This document shows, piece by piece, positions 1 to 9,598 of a DNA stretch of 64,000 nt (its first letter is position 1; each line of letters begins with the position of its first letter). The position numbers were made by a program, and so were the translations under genes. This stretch comes from a virus, in IMG/VR virus record IMGVR_UViG_3300009514_000005, positions 32,001-96,000 of that record; one strand, given 5' to 3'. A model generated the notes under the pieces. That model had not been told where the DNA came from, searched no databases, and was given only the letters and a program-made list of their open reading frames with translations.

Positions 1-545
1 CTGGCAAACTTATCGGGACTATTTTTTATCGACTCACTGTTCTCTAATTTGTTGATTAAGTTATCCGGAAGACCTGAGTTTTTCAGTTGCTTTGAAACAT
101 CCTTCACCATCTTCTTCCAAACATTATCCTGAGTAACGGCAAAAATCTGCTGCAAAGAATCGTGTCCAAACTTCTGGGACATTCTCTCATACATTTTAAC
201 AAATTTATCATTATTAACCTTTCCCTGAATCGCATTAAGACGAAAGGTAACCAAATCAAAAAGATCTCGATCCTGCCATTTTTCATCAGTATGAACAACC
301 GCTGGGATATATTCCAGCCCAGCAATCTTGGCCGCTCTCCATCTGTGCTCCCCGCCAAGAATTATATAATTACCATCTTCTTTCGGAACGACATTGATTG
401 GATCTAAAAAACCAACTTCCCTAATCTCTTCAGCAAGCCTTTCTAAAGTCTTTTCATCCATTTGATTGGTGTTATCTTCATTTGCAATTAATGCATCAAC
501 ATGAATATCAACAGACTTTAGCGATCCTTCTTTAGTCTTCTCCAT
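1..545 (-). CDS. ParB/Srx-like N-terminal domain protein (runs off the window edge)
   Basis: Not in the ORF track. Manual translation from ATG at 545 gives MEKTKEGSLKSVDIHVDAL..NTNQM..LERLAEEIREVGFLDPINVVPKEDGNYIILGGEHRWRAAKIAGLEYIPAVV, the typical ParB-N motif. No stop before base 1. Confidence 0.85.
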   Translation of the reverse strand, partial: MEKTKEGSLKSVDIHVDALIANEDNTNQMDEKTLERLAEEIREVGFLDPINVVPKEDGNYIILGGEHRWRAAKIAGLEYIPAVVHTDEKWQDRDLFDLVTFRLNAIQGKVNNDKFVKMYERMSQKFGHDSLQQIFAVTQDNVWKKMVKDVSKQLKNSGLPDNLINKLENSESIKNSPDKFA

Positions 546-1401
546 CACTATTCTCCCTAGATGTTATCTCGGCCAAATAATCTGATCCGTATAAAATCTC
601 TCTTTCTTCATCATCAAACACAACAATCCTTAGCCCAAAAATACTTTCATACTTTTTCAAAAAACCAACAGCAAAGTCTTTTCCTTCTTCATCAAAGTTG
701 TTGCTGCCAATAAAATCCTGAGCAATACAAGCCAGAGCCCCGCCATTTGTAATCCCGTTGCTAGTTTCCTTAACCATGTCAATAGCTTTTCCAACGGTAA
801 TATGATCCTGGGCAGAAAATGAAAATGAAACATGCTTTGTGGATGCTTCTGCTCCGGTTCCACTAATATTATCTGAAATTTCTTCTGCCCTTTTTCCGGC
901 CTCCTGAGGATCATCCGGGATAAGACTTTTCAAATATCTTTTTACTTCTTTATTTAAAGTCTCAACATTCATACTTTGAGCCTTATTCACCCACTCATCT
1001 ACGTTTTCATGGTTGGCAACATGAACTAACTCTTTAGCCTTGCTCCATCCGACTGACATCACCTTTTCGAAAACAGATTTATTGCTTTGGCGATAATAAA
1101 GAAGCTCATAAATCTGAATCAGATAAAGAGCCTTTGTGATTTTAAACTCCACCTCAATAGAAACATATTCCTTAAAGCTTCCATAATTCCAATTTCGGAA
1201 CCATTCCTTTTTATTCACACACCAAAGAAGATGACACAGTTCACGGTAATCGTTATCAATGCGATCTCTAAGCTCTTTGACTCGGTCCCTGACATTATTT
1301 GAATCCATCCCATCAACTGTATTCTCAACCGCAATCATTGGCTGAGTGTCTGGAACAAATTCCTGAACACTGGTTTCATCAACAACATCTTCATTAGACA
1401 T
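532..1401 (-). CDS. Hypothetical phage protein, probably helical and DNA-binding
   Basis: 289-aa ORF with GGGGAG SD, tightly packed. The Y.SFKEY...GWSKAKEL segment resembles phage DNA-binding hypotheticals. Confidence 0.6.
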   Translation of the reverse strand: MSNEDVVDETSVQEFVPDTQPMIAVENTVDGMDSNNVRDRVKELRDRIDNDYRELCHLLWCVNKKEWFRNWNYGSFKEYVSIEVEFKITKALYLIQIYELLYYRQSNKSVFEKVMSVGWSKAKELVHVANHENVDEWVNKAQSMNVETLNKEVKRYLKSLIPDDPQEAGKRAEEISDNISGTGAEASTKHVSFSFSAQDHITVGKAIDMVKETSNGITNGGALACIAQDFIGSNNFDEEGKDFAVGFLKKYESIFGLRIVVFDDEEREILYGSDYLAEITSRENSDGED

Positions 1402-1412
1402 AACTTCTCCCC

Positions 1413-2258
1413 TTATACTTCAGCGAAACAAAGACTCGACACAGAACACTCTTTAGCCTTCTTGCATTTTGAAGTATCACAAGCAGTTCTTGGCGGAAGA
1501 ATTTTAGTGTCTAGTCCGTTCTTTACAGATTGTATCTTTGACCTCACATCTTCAATAAGTATTTTATCAAATCTTTGAACGTACTGCGTAATAAGGCTTT
1601 CATCCTTGTCAAAATAAACAATGATCCCTCTGGGTATTTGAGCAAGCCACATATAAATATTAGTCTGATATTTATGAGACTCTAACGCATTACGCCTTTG
1701 ATTGGTAATATATCGGAACGCCTGGCCATTAGAAGTTTTTAACTCGAGCAGCCATTCGGCTCCATCATAAGGAGACACAATAATTCCATCCGGTTTAGCG
1801 CTTATAGGATAACCTTCTGGCCCATGGAACTTCATCTCTTGGTATCTAAATTCGGATTCAGCCTTGCATCCATCATGACAAGTTTTTGGCCTCAAGCAAT
1901 TATGATAGCTTTTGCCACAAGCCAAACAATGCCAATGCCCCTTAAGCCATCCCCATTTTCCAAACCAATTATCCTGAGCCCATTGATGAAAAGCGTTGCC
2001 AACATCAAAAGTCATCTGAAGATTATGAGAAATTGTCTCTGTCTCTTGAATATTATTAAGGCTTCTCAACACTTCCTTGCGCGGACAAAGCTCATACATC
2101 CTAGATGGCCAAAAATTATCACCAGGCTTGTGAGGCTCGCGGATTCTTTCAGTTGTTAATTTCTTTTTAGTCTCCACCAAAAGATCAAAATCTTGTGTGG
2201 TATATTTTTTAAGCTTGGGGCTCATGCCAGATGATTTCAAAACTGAAGCTAAGCTCAT
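1413..2258 (-). CDS. Cas4-like PD-(D/E)xK exonuclease with Fe-S Cys cluster and extra Cys-rich insert
   Basis: N-terminal CPRK Cys, PDG...ELKTS, QTNIY, C-terminal C-x4-C-x5-C-x5-C, internal CLAC...C...CHDGC. Confidence 0.8.
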   Translation of the reverse strand: MSLASVLKSSGMSPKLKKYTTQDFDLLVETKKKLTTERIREPHKPGDNFWPSRMYELCPRKEVLRSLNNIQETETISHNLQMTFDVGNAFHQWAQDNWFGKWGWLKGHWHCLACGKSYHNCLRPKTCHDGCKAESEFRYQEMKFHGPEGYPISAKPDGIIVSPYDGAEWLLELKTSNGQAFRYITNQRRNALESHKYQTNIYMWLAQIPRGIIVYFDKDESLITQYVQRFDKILIEDVRSKIQSVKNGLDTKILPPRTACDTSKCKKAKECSVSSLCFAEV

Positions 2259-2869
2259 TTCTTAATCTCCATTAACCTTTTTTCTATCAACATTGGTCTC
2301 CATTTTTCTTTGTCTTTTTGAAATGCAGCTATCAAATTTTTATAATATTTAATTCTTTGGCCAAGTCGATCTTCTGGCCTTATTTTATCCCCACCAAGCT
2401 CATGCCATATTTTTGAAAAAACATCTCTAACACCCTTTGGTTGCGACCGAAGTTCATTAAATTCTTTTAAAATTGTGTTATCTATTTCATTGCAATAAGC
2501 AACTACCTTGTCTAAGTCTGGATTCCTAAAATCGCCCAACCTGACCTTGCCAAATGTTTTATAAACCTTCAGAACGCTATCGATCATTTCTTTACCAGCA
2601 AACTGCAAAACGACAATATCTCTGGCGTAAACCACCACTTTATCCTTATCCTCATAACTGGGATCTCCGGTTATAACTATAGGCATATCAGATAACGTGC
2701 TATCGAAAACAATCTGAGCGTCTCTGGCCCTAAACTCAAAATCATCGGCCTCCCAGGGAGTAACCCATTTAGTAAAAACATACTTCCTGCTAACGCTAAT
2801 CTCTTTAGCCCGGAGCCTCCTTGCGCATCCCTCAACGTGATCCCGCTCTAGATCATTTTTGTAATTCAA
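2255..2869 (-). CDS. Hypothetical protein
   Basis: 204-aa ORF with 4-bp overlaps to both neighbours. Confidence 0.6.
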   Translation of the reverse strand: MNYKNDLERDHVEGCARRLRAKEISVSRKYVFTKWVTPWEADDFEFRARDAQIVFDSTLSDMPIVITGDPSYEDKDKVVVYARDIVVLQFAGKEMIDSVLKVYKTFGKVRLGDFRNPDLDKVVAYCNEIDNTILKEFNELRSQPKGVRDVFSKIWHELGGDKIRPEDRLGQRIKYYKNLIAAFQKDKEKWRPMLIEKRLMEIKK

Positions 2870-3399
2870 AATAAATCCTTATTGTCTTCGGAATTATCTT
2901 TAACGTATTGCTTAAGCTCAGATATTTCTTTTCCTATTCTAGCCTCGATATATTCGGTAATCTGATCATGAGTTTTATTTATATTATCCATGATGCTCTT
3001 AGGTATTTCCTTTCCAACAGGGACACTAACTCCGACCGATACCTTGGCAGATTCGTACTTCCCAAGATTTACCGTGTGAGAGTAATCCATCCAGATACGA
3101 GCAGGGTTTCCTTCAAAAAATTTTTCATCAATTAATTCCTTATCATCTTTTAAAACCTTGGCCTTGGAAACTTCATCATTTTTTTTGGGATCATGTTTTC
3201 GGATTTCAGCTTTAGTGCTGATTTTTGTAGATACAGACATCACTTCTTTTCCGTCAGCATTGTCTTCCGTGATTACTTCTTTTGTTTTTTTACTAAAAAA
3301 CTTTGGGTTGATTGTTGATTTTTTCTTTTTTGGCGGCATTAAATCCACTCCCTTTTTATGGTATATCTTCAAAACTTCTTTGATTAACCCAATGTCCAT
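2866..3399 (-). CDS. Hypothetical protein
   Basis: 177-aa ORF in operon, start may be the later MPPKKK. Confidence 0.55.
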   Translation of the reverse strand: MDIGLIKEVLKIYHKKGVDLMPPKKKKSTINPKFFSKKTKEVITEDNADGKEVMSVSTKISTKAEIRKHDPKKNDEVSKAKVLKDDKELIDEKFFEGNPARIWMDYSHTVNLGKYESAKVSVGVSVPVGKEIPKSIMDNINKTHDQITEYIEARIGKEISELKQYVKDNSEDNKDLF

Positions 3400-3402
3400 T
3401 CT

Positions 3403-4086
3403 TTAAGCTTCAGCCTTTGCTTCTTTTTTCTGCCTAGCCTGACCAGCCACGATCCTTAAGTGATCACTCTGGACCAAAGTAACGCCTGCAATCTTAGCGT
3501 TCTTGTCTTCTCGGTTAGCATTTTCTTCTTTAAGTTTTTTCTTGATGGCTGTTTTGTCAATAGATACCGAAACGCAGCCATCAATTAACTCCTTTTCTTC
3601 GGGAGTAATATCATCACCCATCTCACGACCTATTACAAGATTACACCAATCTTTCCATCTTTCTTTATCCGTAAAAGAAAACTTATCCTTTACGGAAACA
3701 TCATAATTTTTATACTCATCTGGGACCTCTTCTTCGTTATCGATACGAAGAGATGGAGTGCTGTTTTGGATTCTGGCAACATAAGCCATTCCGTCAATAC
3801 GCTTTTTCTTATTCATGCTAACGGCTTGATAGGTAAGCTCCTTAGTCAAAGAAATTCTAGAGTTAACGGCCTCAATTTGTTTTTTAAGGGCAATCAAATA
3901 AGAATCAAGACCGCTTAAATACATCGCTACTTTATCAATCTTTCCGCCAACAATGTTTTTAGCTTGCTCATGCAGCTCTAAAAGATCATCACCAACTGAT
4001 CCACCCTGCGATTCTATTTCGGCCTCTATTGCAGCAAAATTCTCAGCCAACTCCATCAACGAATACTTTCTACTAACTAATTCCAT
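3403..4086 (-). CDS. Siphovirus Gp157-like protein
   Basis: Start refined to ATG 4086 (GGAGG SD). Coiled-coil N-terminus, RIQNSTPSLRIDNEEEVPDEY and SIDKTAIKKKLK...IAGVTLVQ are typical of Gp157. Confidence 0.7.
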   Translation of the reverse strand: MELVSRKYSLMELAENFAAIEAEIESQGGSVGDDLLELHEQAKNIVGGKIDKVAMYLSGLDSYLIALKKQIEAVNSRISLTKELTYQAVSMNKKKRIDGMAYVARIQNSTPSLRIDNEEEVPDEYKNYDVSVKDKFSFTDKERWKDWCNLVIGREMGDDITPEEKELIDGCVSVSIDKTAIKKKLKEENANREDKNAKIAGVTLVQSDHLRIVAGQARQKKEAKAEA

Positions 4087-5488
4087 AATGTAACCTCCCG
4101 CGTTTTTTTGTTCTTTTATATTCATCAAAGTCTTCGAAAACTTGTTCTCCAAAAACTTCCCATCCTTTTGCTTTGTATTTGTTTCGCCTCGAGTTAGCCA
4201 AGATCATTGCGTCTGGAGACTGAGAATCAACCAAATCTAAAACAATTGGCTGTTTCTTCCCTTCCAACAACCTCAGGATTCTACCTACTGGCTGCTCAAT
4301 CGCTTGAGAAGGAGAAGCGAAAATAAGAGTATCGAGGCGCTCAACGTTAAATCCAACTCCAACCAATTGGGTAGTGGCACAAATAACCTTGGCCTTTACC
4401 CCCTCTTCTCTTTCCTGCTTATTTCTTTTACCCGTTAAAAGACCGACAGTGATTCCGGTCCCATCTAGCCTATTCAAAAGTTCATAATAAATATCCTCTA
4501 TATGACCAACCCTCTCAGATAGAATCAAAATGTTTCTACCAGCTTTAGCCGCCTTAACTGATTGCCTGTAAATGATTTCATTTCTAGTGCTAGACTTAAC
4601 CATGGATTTCAAAATCCAATTCTTTTTCCTATCAAGGCTTGCGGTGCTATTCGATGTCCATGTAAAACCAGTATCCACAAAATAAATCTTTGGCTCTAAT
4701 ATCTTTACTGTGTTCATCCCGGAAACAACCGGACCAACATTATACTTAAAAACATCTTCAGCGTTATCTGCTCTCTTTAAAGTACCTGAGAGCCCCAAAA
4801 TATATCGAGCGCCAAAACGGGGAACTGCTTTGGAAAACTCTGGAGCCCCCAGGAGATGACATTCATCACAAATGATGAGGCCAAATTCTTCAAAAACCCA
4901 AGGTGAATAATATTTTTGTGAAAGACTCTGAACCATTCCTATACAAATGTCGTTACCCTTTATCTCCATCTTGTCAGCAAAGAGTCTTCCGTATTTCCAG
5001 GTTGGAAGGAATTTTTTAATACCATCCTCAATCCATTGATCAAGTAAAACAGAAGTATGAACAATAACTAAAGTTTTAACATTTAATCTTCTAGCTATTT
5101 CTAAAGATAAAAAAGTCTTGCCTCCGCCTGTTTTGACTTCAGCAATAGCGCCACCAAAATGGTTCTCCTTCATTGCTTCAATACATTTAACAATGATCTC
5201 TTCCTGACCTTCTCTTGGACAGCAAACTGCATTGGCAGAAGAAACATCGCTGCTTGAAAAACAAGGTGCGAACTCCCCTTCAACATGATTGCGAAGATAA
5301 GTAACGTAGTAACCACGAGGAACGCCAACCCAATCACCCTCTTCCGCCCAAAGATGAATTGGTTCAATTTTTTCCTGAAACGAAGTAGTCTTCCTCGGGA
5401 TGATAGTGAGATCTTGTTTGATCTTCTCACGCATTCCAAAGCCTACAGCGTTACGCTTAAAGCGCACATATCCTCGTGGTATTGGCAT
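4073..5488 (-). CDS. Superfamily 2 DExH helicase (UvsW/Res-III-like)
   Basis: KTGGGKT, DECH, GLSGT, ATTQLVGVGFNV, QPVGRILR motifs. Confidence 0.9.
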   Translation of the reverse strand: MPIPRGYVRFKRNAVGFGMREKIKQDLTIIPRKTTSFQEKIEPIHLWAEEGDWVGVPRGYYVTYLRNHVEGEFAPCFSSSDVSSANAVCCPREGQEEIIVKCIEAMKENHFGGAIAEVKTGGGKTFLSLEIARRLNVKTLVIVHTSVLLDQWIEDGIKKFLPTWKYGRLFADKMEIKGNDICIGMVQSLSQKYYSPWVFEEFGLIICDECHLLGAPEFSKAVPRFGARYILGLSGTLKRADNAEDVFKYNVGPVVSGMNTVKILEPKIYFVDTGFTWTSNSTASLDRKKNWILKSMVKSSTRNEIIYRQSVKAAKAGRNILILSERVGHIEDIYYELLNRLDGTGITVGLLTGKRNKQEREEGVKAKVICATTQLVGVGFNVERLDTLIFASPSQAIEQPVGRILRLLEGKKQPIVLDLVDSQSPDAMILANSRRNKYKAKGWEVFGEQVFEDFDEYKRTKKRGRLHYGIS

Positions 5489-5523
5489 TAATCAACTCCT
5501 AATCAAATAATTAACGCTATACG

Positions 5524-6258
5524 CTAGAAGGGAATATCGTCTTCAGTAAAACTAGGTGGCTGATTATTCGGATCAGTCACATGGTTACTGGCACCTTTAT
5601 CCACATTTTCAGTTGTTCCGCCAAATGGATCCTGATTAAATTCGTCTCGGCCAGAAGCATACTGATCACCACCATTGGCGGAATACTTCATAATAGAAGA
5701 AATTCTATCAGGACTTAACGGCTCCATAACGGATACAAAATCATATGGCTTTCTTGCAAATTCATTAAGCTTATCTAACGGAATAGAATCAATGTCGGTC
5801 TCGCCAACAACCTCAAAATCATTTCCAGAAGAAGGAGACTTCTTCCCGTCTCTCGTAATCTTAACCTTCTTGCCGACCAAGGATCCTCCGGCACTCTTTC
5901 TTCTTCTGTCAAGAGTATCAATACCATCACCCTTAATACCTATAGCTCTTTTAGAAAAAAACCTCTTGGTTCCCTGCTTGTCTACATAAGGAGTTAAATC
6001 TAAAATAGTGTAATACTCAGCATATGAAGAATATGATCCAGAGAAAATAACTGAGTTTTCTTCTGACTCAGTAAAGTTTTTAAACCTACCACCAACTTTT
6101 GCTAAATATTCTTTAATCCCAAACTGAGCATCATCAAGAAATAAAACTGTTCTCGACTCCCCAGGCTTCAAAAAGAATCTAAACAAATCATGTGAATGCA
6201 TTTTATTTTTACGAAAATCCTCACGATTATTATCACCAGGCTTTGAATACCAACTCAT
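5524..6258 (-). CDS. Phage single-stranded DNA-binding protein
   Basis: Aromatic-rich OB-like N-terminus, low-complexity linker, acidic C-terminal tail ending EDDIPF, located in replication cluster. Confidence 0.7.
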   Translation of the reverse strand: MSWYSKPGDNNREDFRKNKMHSHDLFRFFLKPGESRTVLFLDDAQFGIKEYLAKVGGRFKNFTESEENSVIFSGSYSSYAEYYTILDLTPYVDKQGTKRFFSKRAIGIKGDGIDTLDRRRKSAGGSLVGKKVKITRDGKKSPSSGNDFEVVGETDIDSIPLDKLNEFARKPYDFVSVMEPLSPDRISSIMKYSANGGDQYASGRDEFNQDPFGGTTENVDKGASNHVTDPNNQPPSFTEDDIPF

Positions 6259-6340
6259 CTTAATCTCCTTATACTGTCATCAAGTGACGTTTACATTTTG
6301 TCTATCAAGATAATCACACGGGAGATAAGTTGGGAAGAAA

Positions 6341-6637
6341 TTATTTTAAGTCTTCTGTTTTAATATCTGACTTATATTTATTGTCACCGTAAAGACTTCT
6401 CGCCTCTTGAACATCAGGACTAATATCTTTATCCATAATGAATTTACGCAGTACGTCTGTAGTGACCTGAACCATGACATGCCCTTTCATAGCGCGGTTA
6501 ATGATCATTTGGTCTGGCTCTAGTTTTACCATTGACTCATCACGACTTAAGGCAAATAAAGCACCAGCAACCCCAACTGCAATACCAAAAATAAAACCTA
6601 TAACGGAAATCAATATCAAATAACTCTGAGAAATCAT
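6341..6637 (-). CDS. Small membrane-anchored protein
   Basis: N-terminal hydrophobic helix (ILISVIGFIFGIAVGVAGALFAL), overlaps the GT stop. Confidence 0.6.
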   Translation of the reverse strand: MISQSYLILISVIGFIFGIAVGVAGALFALSRDESMVKLEPDQMIINRAMKGHVMVQVTTDVLRKFIMDKDISPDVQEARSLYGDNKYKSDIKTEDLK

Positions 6638-8382
6638 GTCATCACCTCGCTGGCCGCTCTTACCACTTCGTCTGAAGTAATATCAGACAAGCATTGCATT
6701 GTCCCAATTTTGCATCCAACAAAAGTTACCGGAGGCTTTTCTTCGTGAAGGCAAAACCTGCATTCAACCTTCGGAACCAAAGCGATTGTCTTGGCCTGCC
6801 TATGGGAAACCCTATACTCTGGACTGGCAACAGTAAATAAACCAACAACAGGAATACTGGTGGTCATGGCCACATGAAAAAGACCCGAATCCATTCCAAT
6901 AAAAACGTTAGCTCTTTGCATTAATTCTCTAATTTCGTGTATGGAAAGATTGTTTACAAGATTCAATGTATTCTTAAATAGGTCGGCCACAAAATCTCCA
7001 CCCTTTCCAACAACAACAACTTTGTTCCCAGCACTAGCAAGTGACCTAGTTACGGCCATCCAGTTTTGTCTGGACCACGTTCTTGTTGGCCAAGACTGAG
7101 CCATATGAACAATAACTATCTTATCTTTGTTTAAATCAATGCCAGAAATTTTCCCTTTTAAAAGCTGATAATCATTTTCATCAGAGAACAATTCTGGAGC
7201 CGGATCAAAATCTAGACCACCAAATACAGCATTGGCATAAGCTTCTGCGATATGCATCTTTGGGCTTCTCTCGTAAACCTGATCCAAATCATAAATCACA
7301 TTAGATGGAATCTGATCTTTTCTAGAGACAACATTTGCAACATTAGGATTACCTTTAAAAATATTTTTAGACCCGGTAGACACCCAAATGTCTTTGTCTG
7401 GATGCCTTCTTTTTAATTCGCTAATAATTCCAGTAGTAAGCAAAACATCACCAAGGGCTCCGGTTCTTACCACTCCGATTATTTTTTTATCAAAATCATT
7501 TTCCTTAAAAGATTTCTTTCCAGATCCATCAAAAACCATTCTCTCTGATCCCTTTGGTTTAACGCTGACAGAATTAAGCAACTCAAGATTTGCCTCATTA
7601 ACGAAGCCATCAAGTTCTGTCATGTTTAAATTGGCAACTAGATTGCTAAATTTCTTAGCCGTGTTCATCTCCTTTATTAGCCAACTGCGACCTTTAACTA
7701 TTTTTGTCTGGACAGTGTTTCCCCTAGTGCCGCCTTCTTCATGTATAGCCTTAACGTCTGAAGAATAATAAACCCTCCATCCATTCCTCCACGCTCTAAT
7801 GCAATATTCCGTATCTTCACAGGAAAGAAAATAGTCCTCATTCAACATTCCGATATCATCAATCATTGATTTTCTAATCGCAAACAATGCCCCCGTCACC
7901 CCAATTAGATAAGACGGCTTAAGAATTACCGGAGAATATGCTGGAGGCTTATGCCATCCTCTATGAGTAAAGTTTGTGCTGACCCGCTCTATACCACCAT
8001 GCTGAACGCTTCCATCTGGATACAAAAGAAGACCACCTACAATGCCAATCTTTTGATGGACATTAAATGCCTCTTCCAAATACTGCACGACTGGCTGAAT
8101 GAATTTAATATCATTATTAACCAGCACAACGATGTCTCCTTTTGCTTGAGCAATCCCCTTGTTAACCGTCTTAGCAAACCCTGAATTGATAACATTGAAA
8201 TCAAAAACATAGCCTCTGGAATGACAAGCATTTCTAAGCTGACTTCTTATACTCTCGTCACTACCATCATCAACAACAATAACTTCATGATCTACGCCAT
8301 TGTGCTCTTCAAAAGTTCCAAGACAATGAGACATAGTCATATTCAAATGATTAACTGTTGGAACTATAAATGAAAATTTCAT
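6634..8382 (-). CDS. Bifunctional glycosyltransferase, GT2 N-terminus plus GT9 (heptosyltransferase-like) C-terminus
   Basis: FSFIVPTVN, VVDDGS, LVNNDI, SCEDTEYCIRA (GT2), VRTGALGDVLL and FIGMDSGLFHVA (GT9). Confidence 0.9.
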   Translation of the reverse strand: MKFSFIVPTVNHLNMTMSHCLGTFEEHNGVDHEVIVVDDGSDESIRSQLRNACHSRGYVFDFNVINSGFAKTVNKGIAQAKGDIVVLVNNDIKFIQPVVQYLEEAFNVHQKIGIVGGLLLYPDGSVQHGGIERVSTNFTHRGWHKPPAYSPVILKPSYLIGVTGALFAIRKSMIDDIGMLNEDYFLSCEDTEYCIRAWRNGWRVYYSSDVKAIHEEGGTRGNTVQTKIVKGRSWLIKEMNTAKKFSNLVANLNMTELDGFVNEANLELLNSVSVKPKGSERMVFDGSGKKSFKENDFDKKIIGVVRTGALGDVLLTTGIISELKRRHPDKDIWVSTGSKNIFKGNPNVANVVSRKDQIPSNVIYDLDQVYERSPKMHIAEAYANAVFGGLDFDPAPELFSDENDYQLLKGKISGIDLNKDKIVIVHMAQSWPTRTWSRQNWMAVTRSLASAGNKVVVVGKGGDFVADLFKNTLNLVNNLSIHEIRELMQRANVFIGMDSGLFHVAMTTSIPVVGLFTVASPEYRVSHRQAKTIALVPKVECRFCLHEEKPPVTFVGCKIGTMQCLSDITSDEVVRAASEVMT

Positions 8383-9596
8383 GGGTTAACTCCACATTTA
8401 AAGAAACGATCCCAATCATGGGCAACTTTTAGTATTGAATAATTTTCTTCCAAAAATTTTCTGTTGGAATCTAGCCTTTCCATCTTCTCTTCATCAGGAC
8501 AGTTGATGGCATACCGAAGCTTACTATTCCAATCCCAGTCTAAGTTCTGGGCCTCATACCCCCTATTGATAGCGTCGCTATAAGTAACAGACCTTGAAGC
8601 AACAGGTAAAATGTTGAGAGCATTATATTCAATTACTTTTAAACAACTTTTAGCCCAATTAAACGGAAGATCAACAACCGGAGCAATCCCGATATCTCCC
8701 TCTCGAAATATAGCTTTATAAAGAGAAAAATATTGAGCCATTGGAACTAATGAAAAACAAAACAATCTATCTACGGGAATTATTTCAAAAAATGATCTAT
8801 GGATATATCCAACGAATCCAAAGATTACGTCTTCTTCCTGATTAACAATTCTTTTAATAGCTGGGATCACAATCTCTAAATCTTTTTCATGAGTTGGAGA
8901 CCCACCCCATCCGATAAATTTCTTACCCTTTCTGGCTTCTAAAAATTCAGCAGAAGGAATCCTGTCTGTTTCTGGATTTTGATGTGTATATCTTTTGCCC
9001 CTCTTCATTACCACGAAATCATTAGCAGGAGGAGTCACATCGATAAGCTCAATATCCAAGGCGTTTTTAATAACATGAATATTTTTATTATACTCAAGAT
9101 AACTATCACGAAGAGATGGAGTCGTAACGGTTAAAGCATTTGCCGTTGTTAACATTTCCTTAATAATATCTTTTCTTGGCTTGTAATATTGATATCCGGT
9201 GTTCCATTCTGGCACCTTAATGTATTCGTCATCGCTTTCCATCACGACTGGCTTTTTAACGTCTTCCTTGATCATCTTCATCATCCTAAGATGATCTAAA
9301 CTAGTGGGCCTTTGAAACACAATCACATCGGCCCACTCGATAAGATCCATTACTTTGTTCTGCCATTCGGAAATATTTTCAGAAAATGGTTTTTTGCATC
9401 CTACGCATTTCCATTCTCCTTCTTCAAAAAAAGTTCTCTCCTGAATGCCCTTGTCTCGGCATCCATCACAAAGAGCAACCTGTTCTAAAAGCTCTTCTCT
9501 TACTTCATTACCAAGCTCTACAATATGTGGTGTTGGGATTAATACCCGGATCCAATAACAAGAGTCTCTTTTCTTAACGAGATAACCAATTTTCAT
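8379..9596 (-). CDS. GT-B (GT4-like) glycosyltransferase with CxxC...CxxC insert
   Basis: YWIRVLIP, DVIVFQRP, ESDD, VTTPSL, IGWGGSPTHEKDL, IGIAPV...FNWAKSCLKVIEY. Insert CDGC...CVGC. Confidence 0.8.
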   Translation of the reverse strand: MKIGYLVKKRDSCYWIRVLIPTPHIVELGNEVREELLEQVALCDGCRDKGIQERTFFEEGEWKCVGCKKPFSENISEWQNKVMDLIEWADVIVFQRPTSLDHLRMMKMIKEDVKKPVVMESDDEYIKVPEWNTGYQYYKPRKDIIKEMLTTANALTVTTPSLRDSYLEYNKNIHVIKNALDIELIDVTPPANDFVVMKRGKRYTHQNPETDRIPSAEFLEARKGKKFIGWGGSPTHEKDLEIVIPAIKRIVNQEEDVIFGFVGYIHRSFFEIIPVDRLFCFSLVPMAQYFSLYKAIFREGDIGIAPVVDLPFNWAKSCLKVIEYNALNILPVASRSVTYSDAINRGYEAQNLDWDWNSKLRYAINCPDEEKMERLDSNRKFLEENYSILKVAHDWDRFFKCGVNP

Positions 9597-9598
9597 CT

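Noticed and set aside
1413-2258. CRISPR-Cas system suggested by the Cas4-like gene
   Set aside because: No cas1/cas2 and no repeat-spacer array seen anywhere in the window. The 13217-13331 repeats are only three, intragenic and irregularly spaced.
6270-6320. Third copy of the 51-bp promoter element upstream of SSB
   Set aside because: Shares only AAATGTAAA, and spacing to a -10 does not fit.
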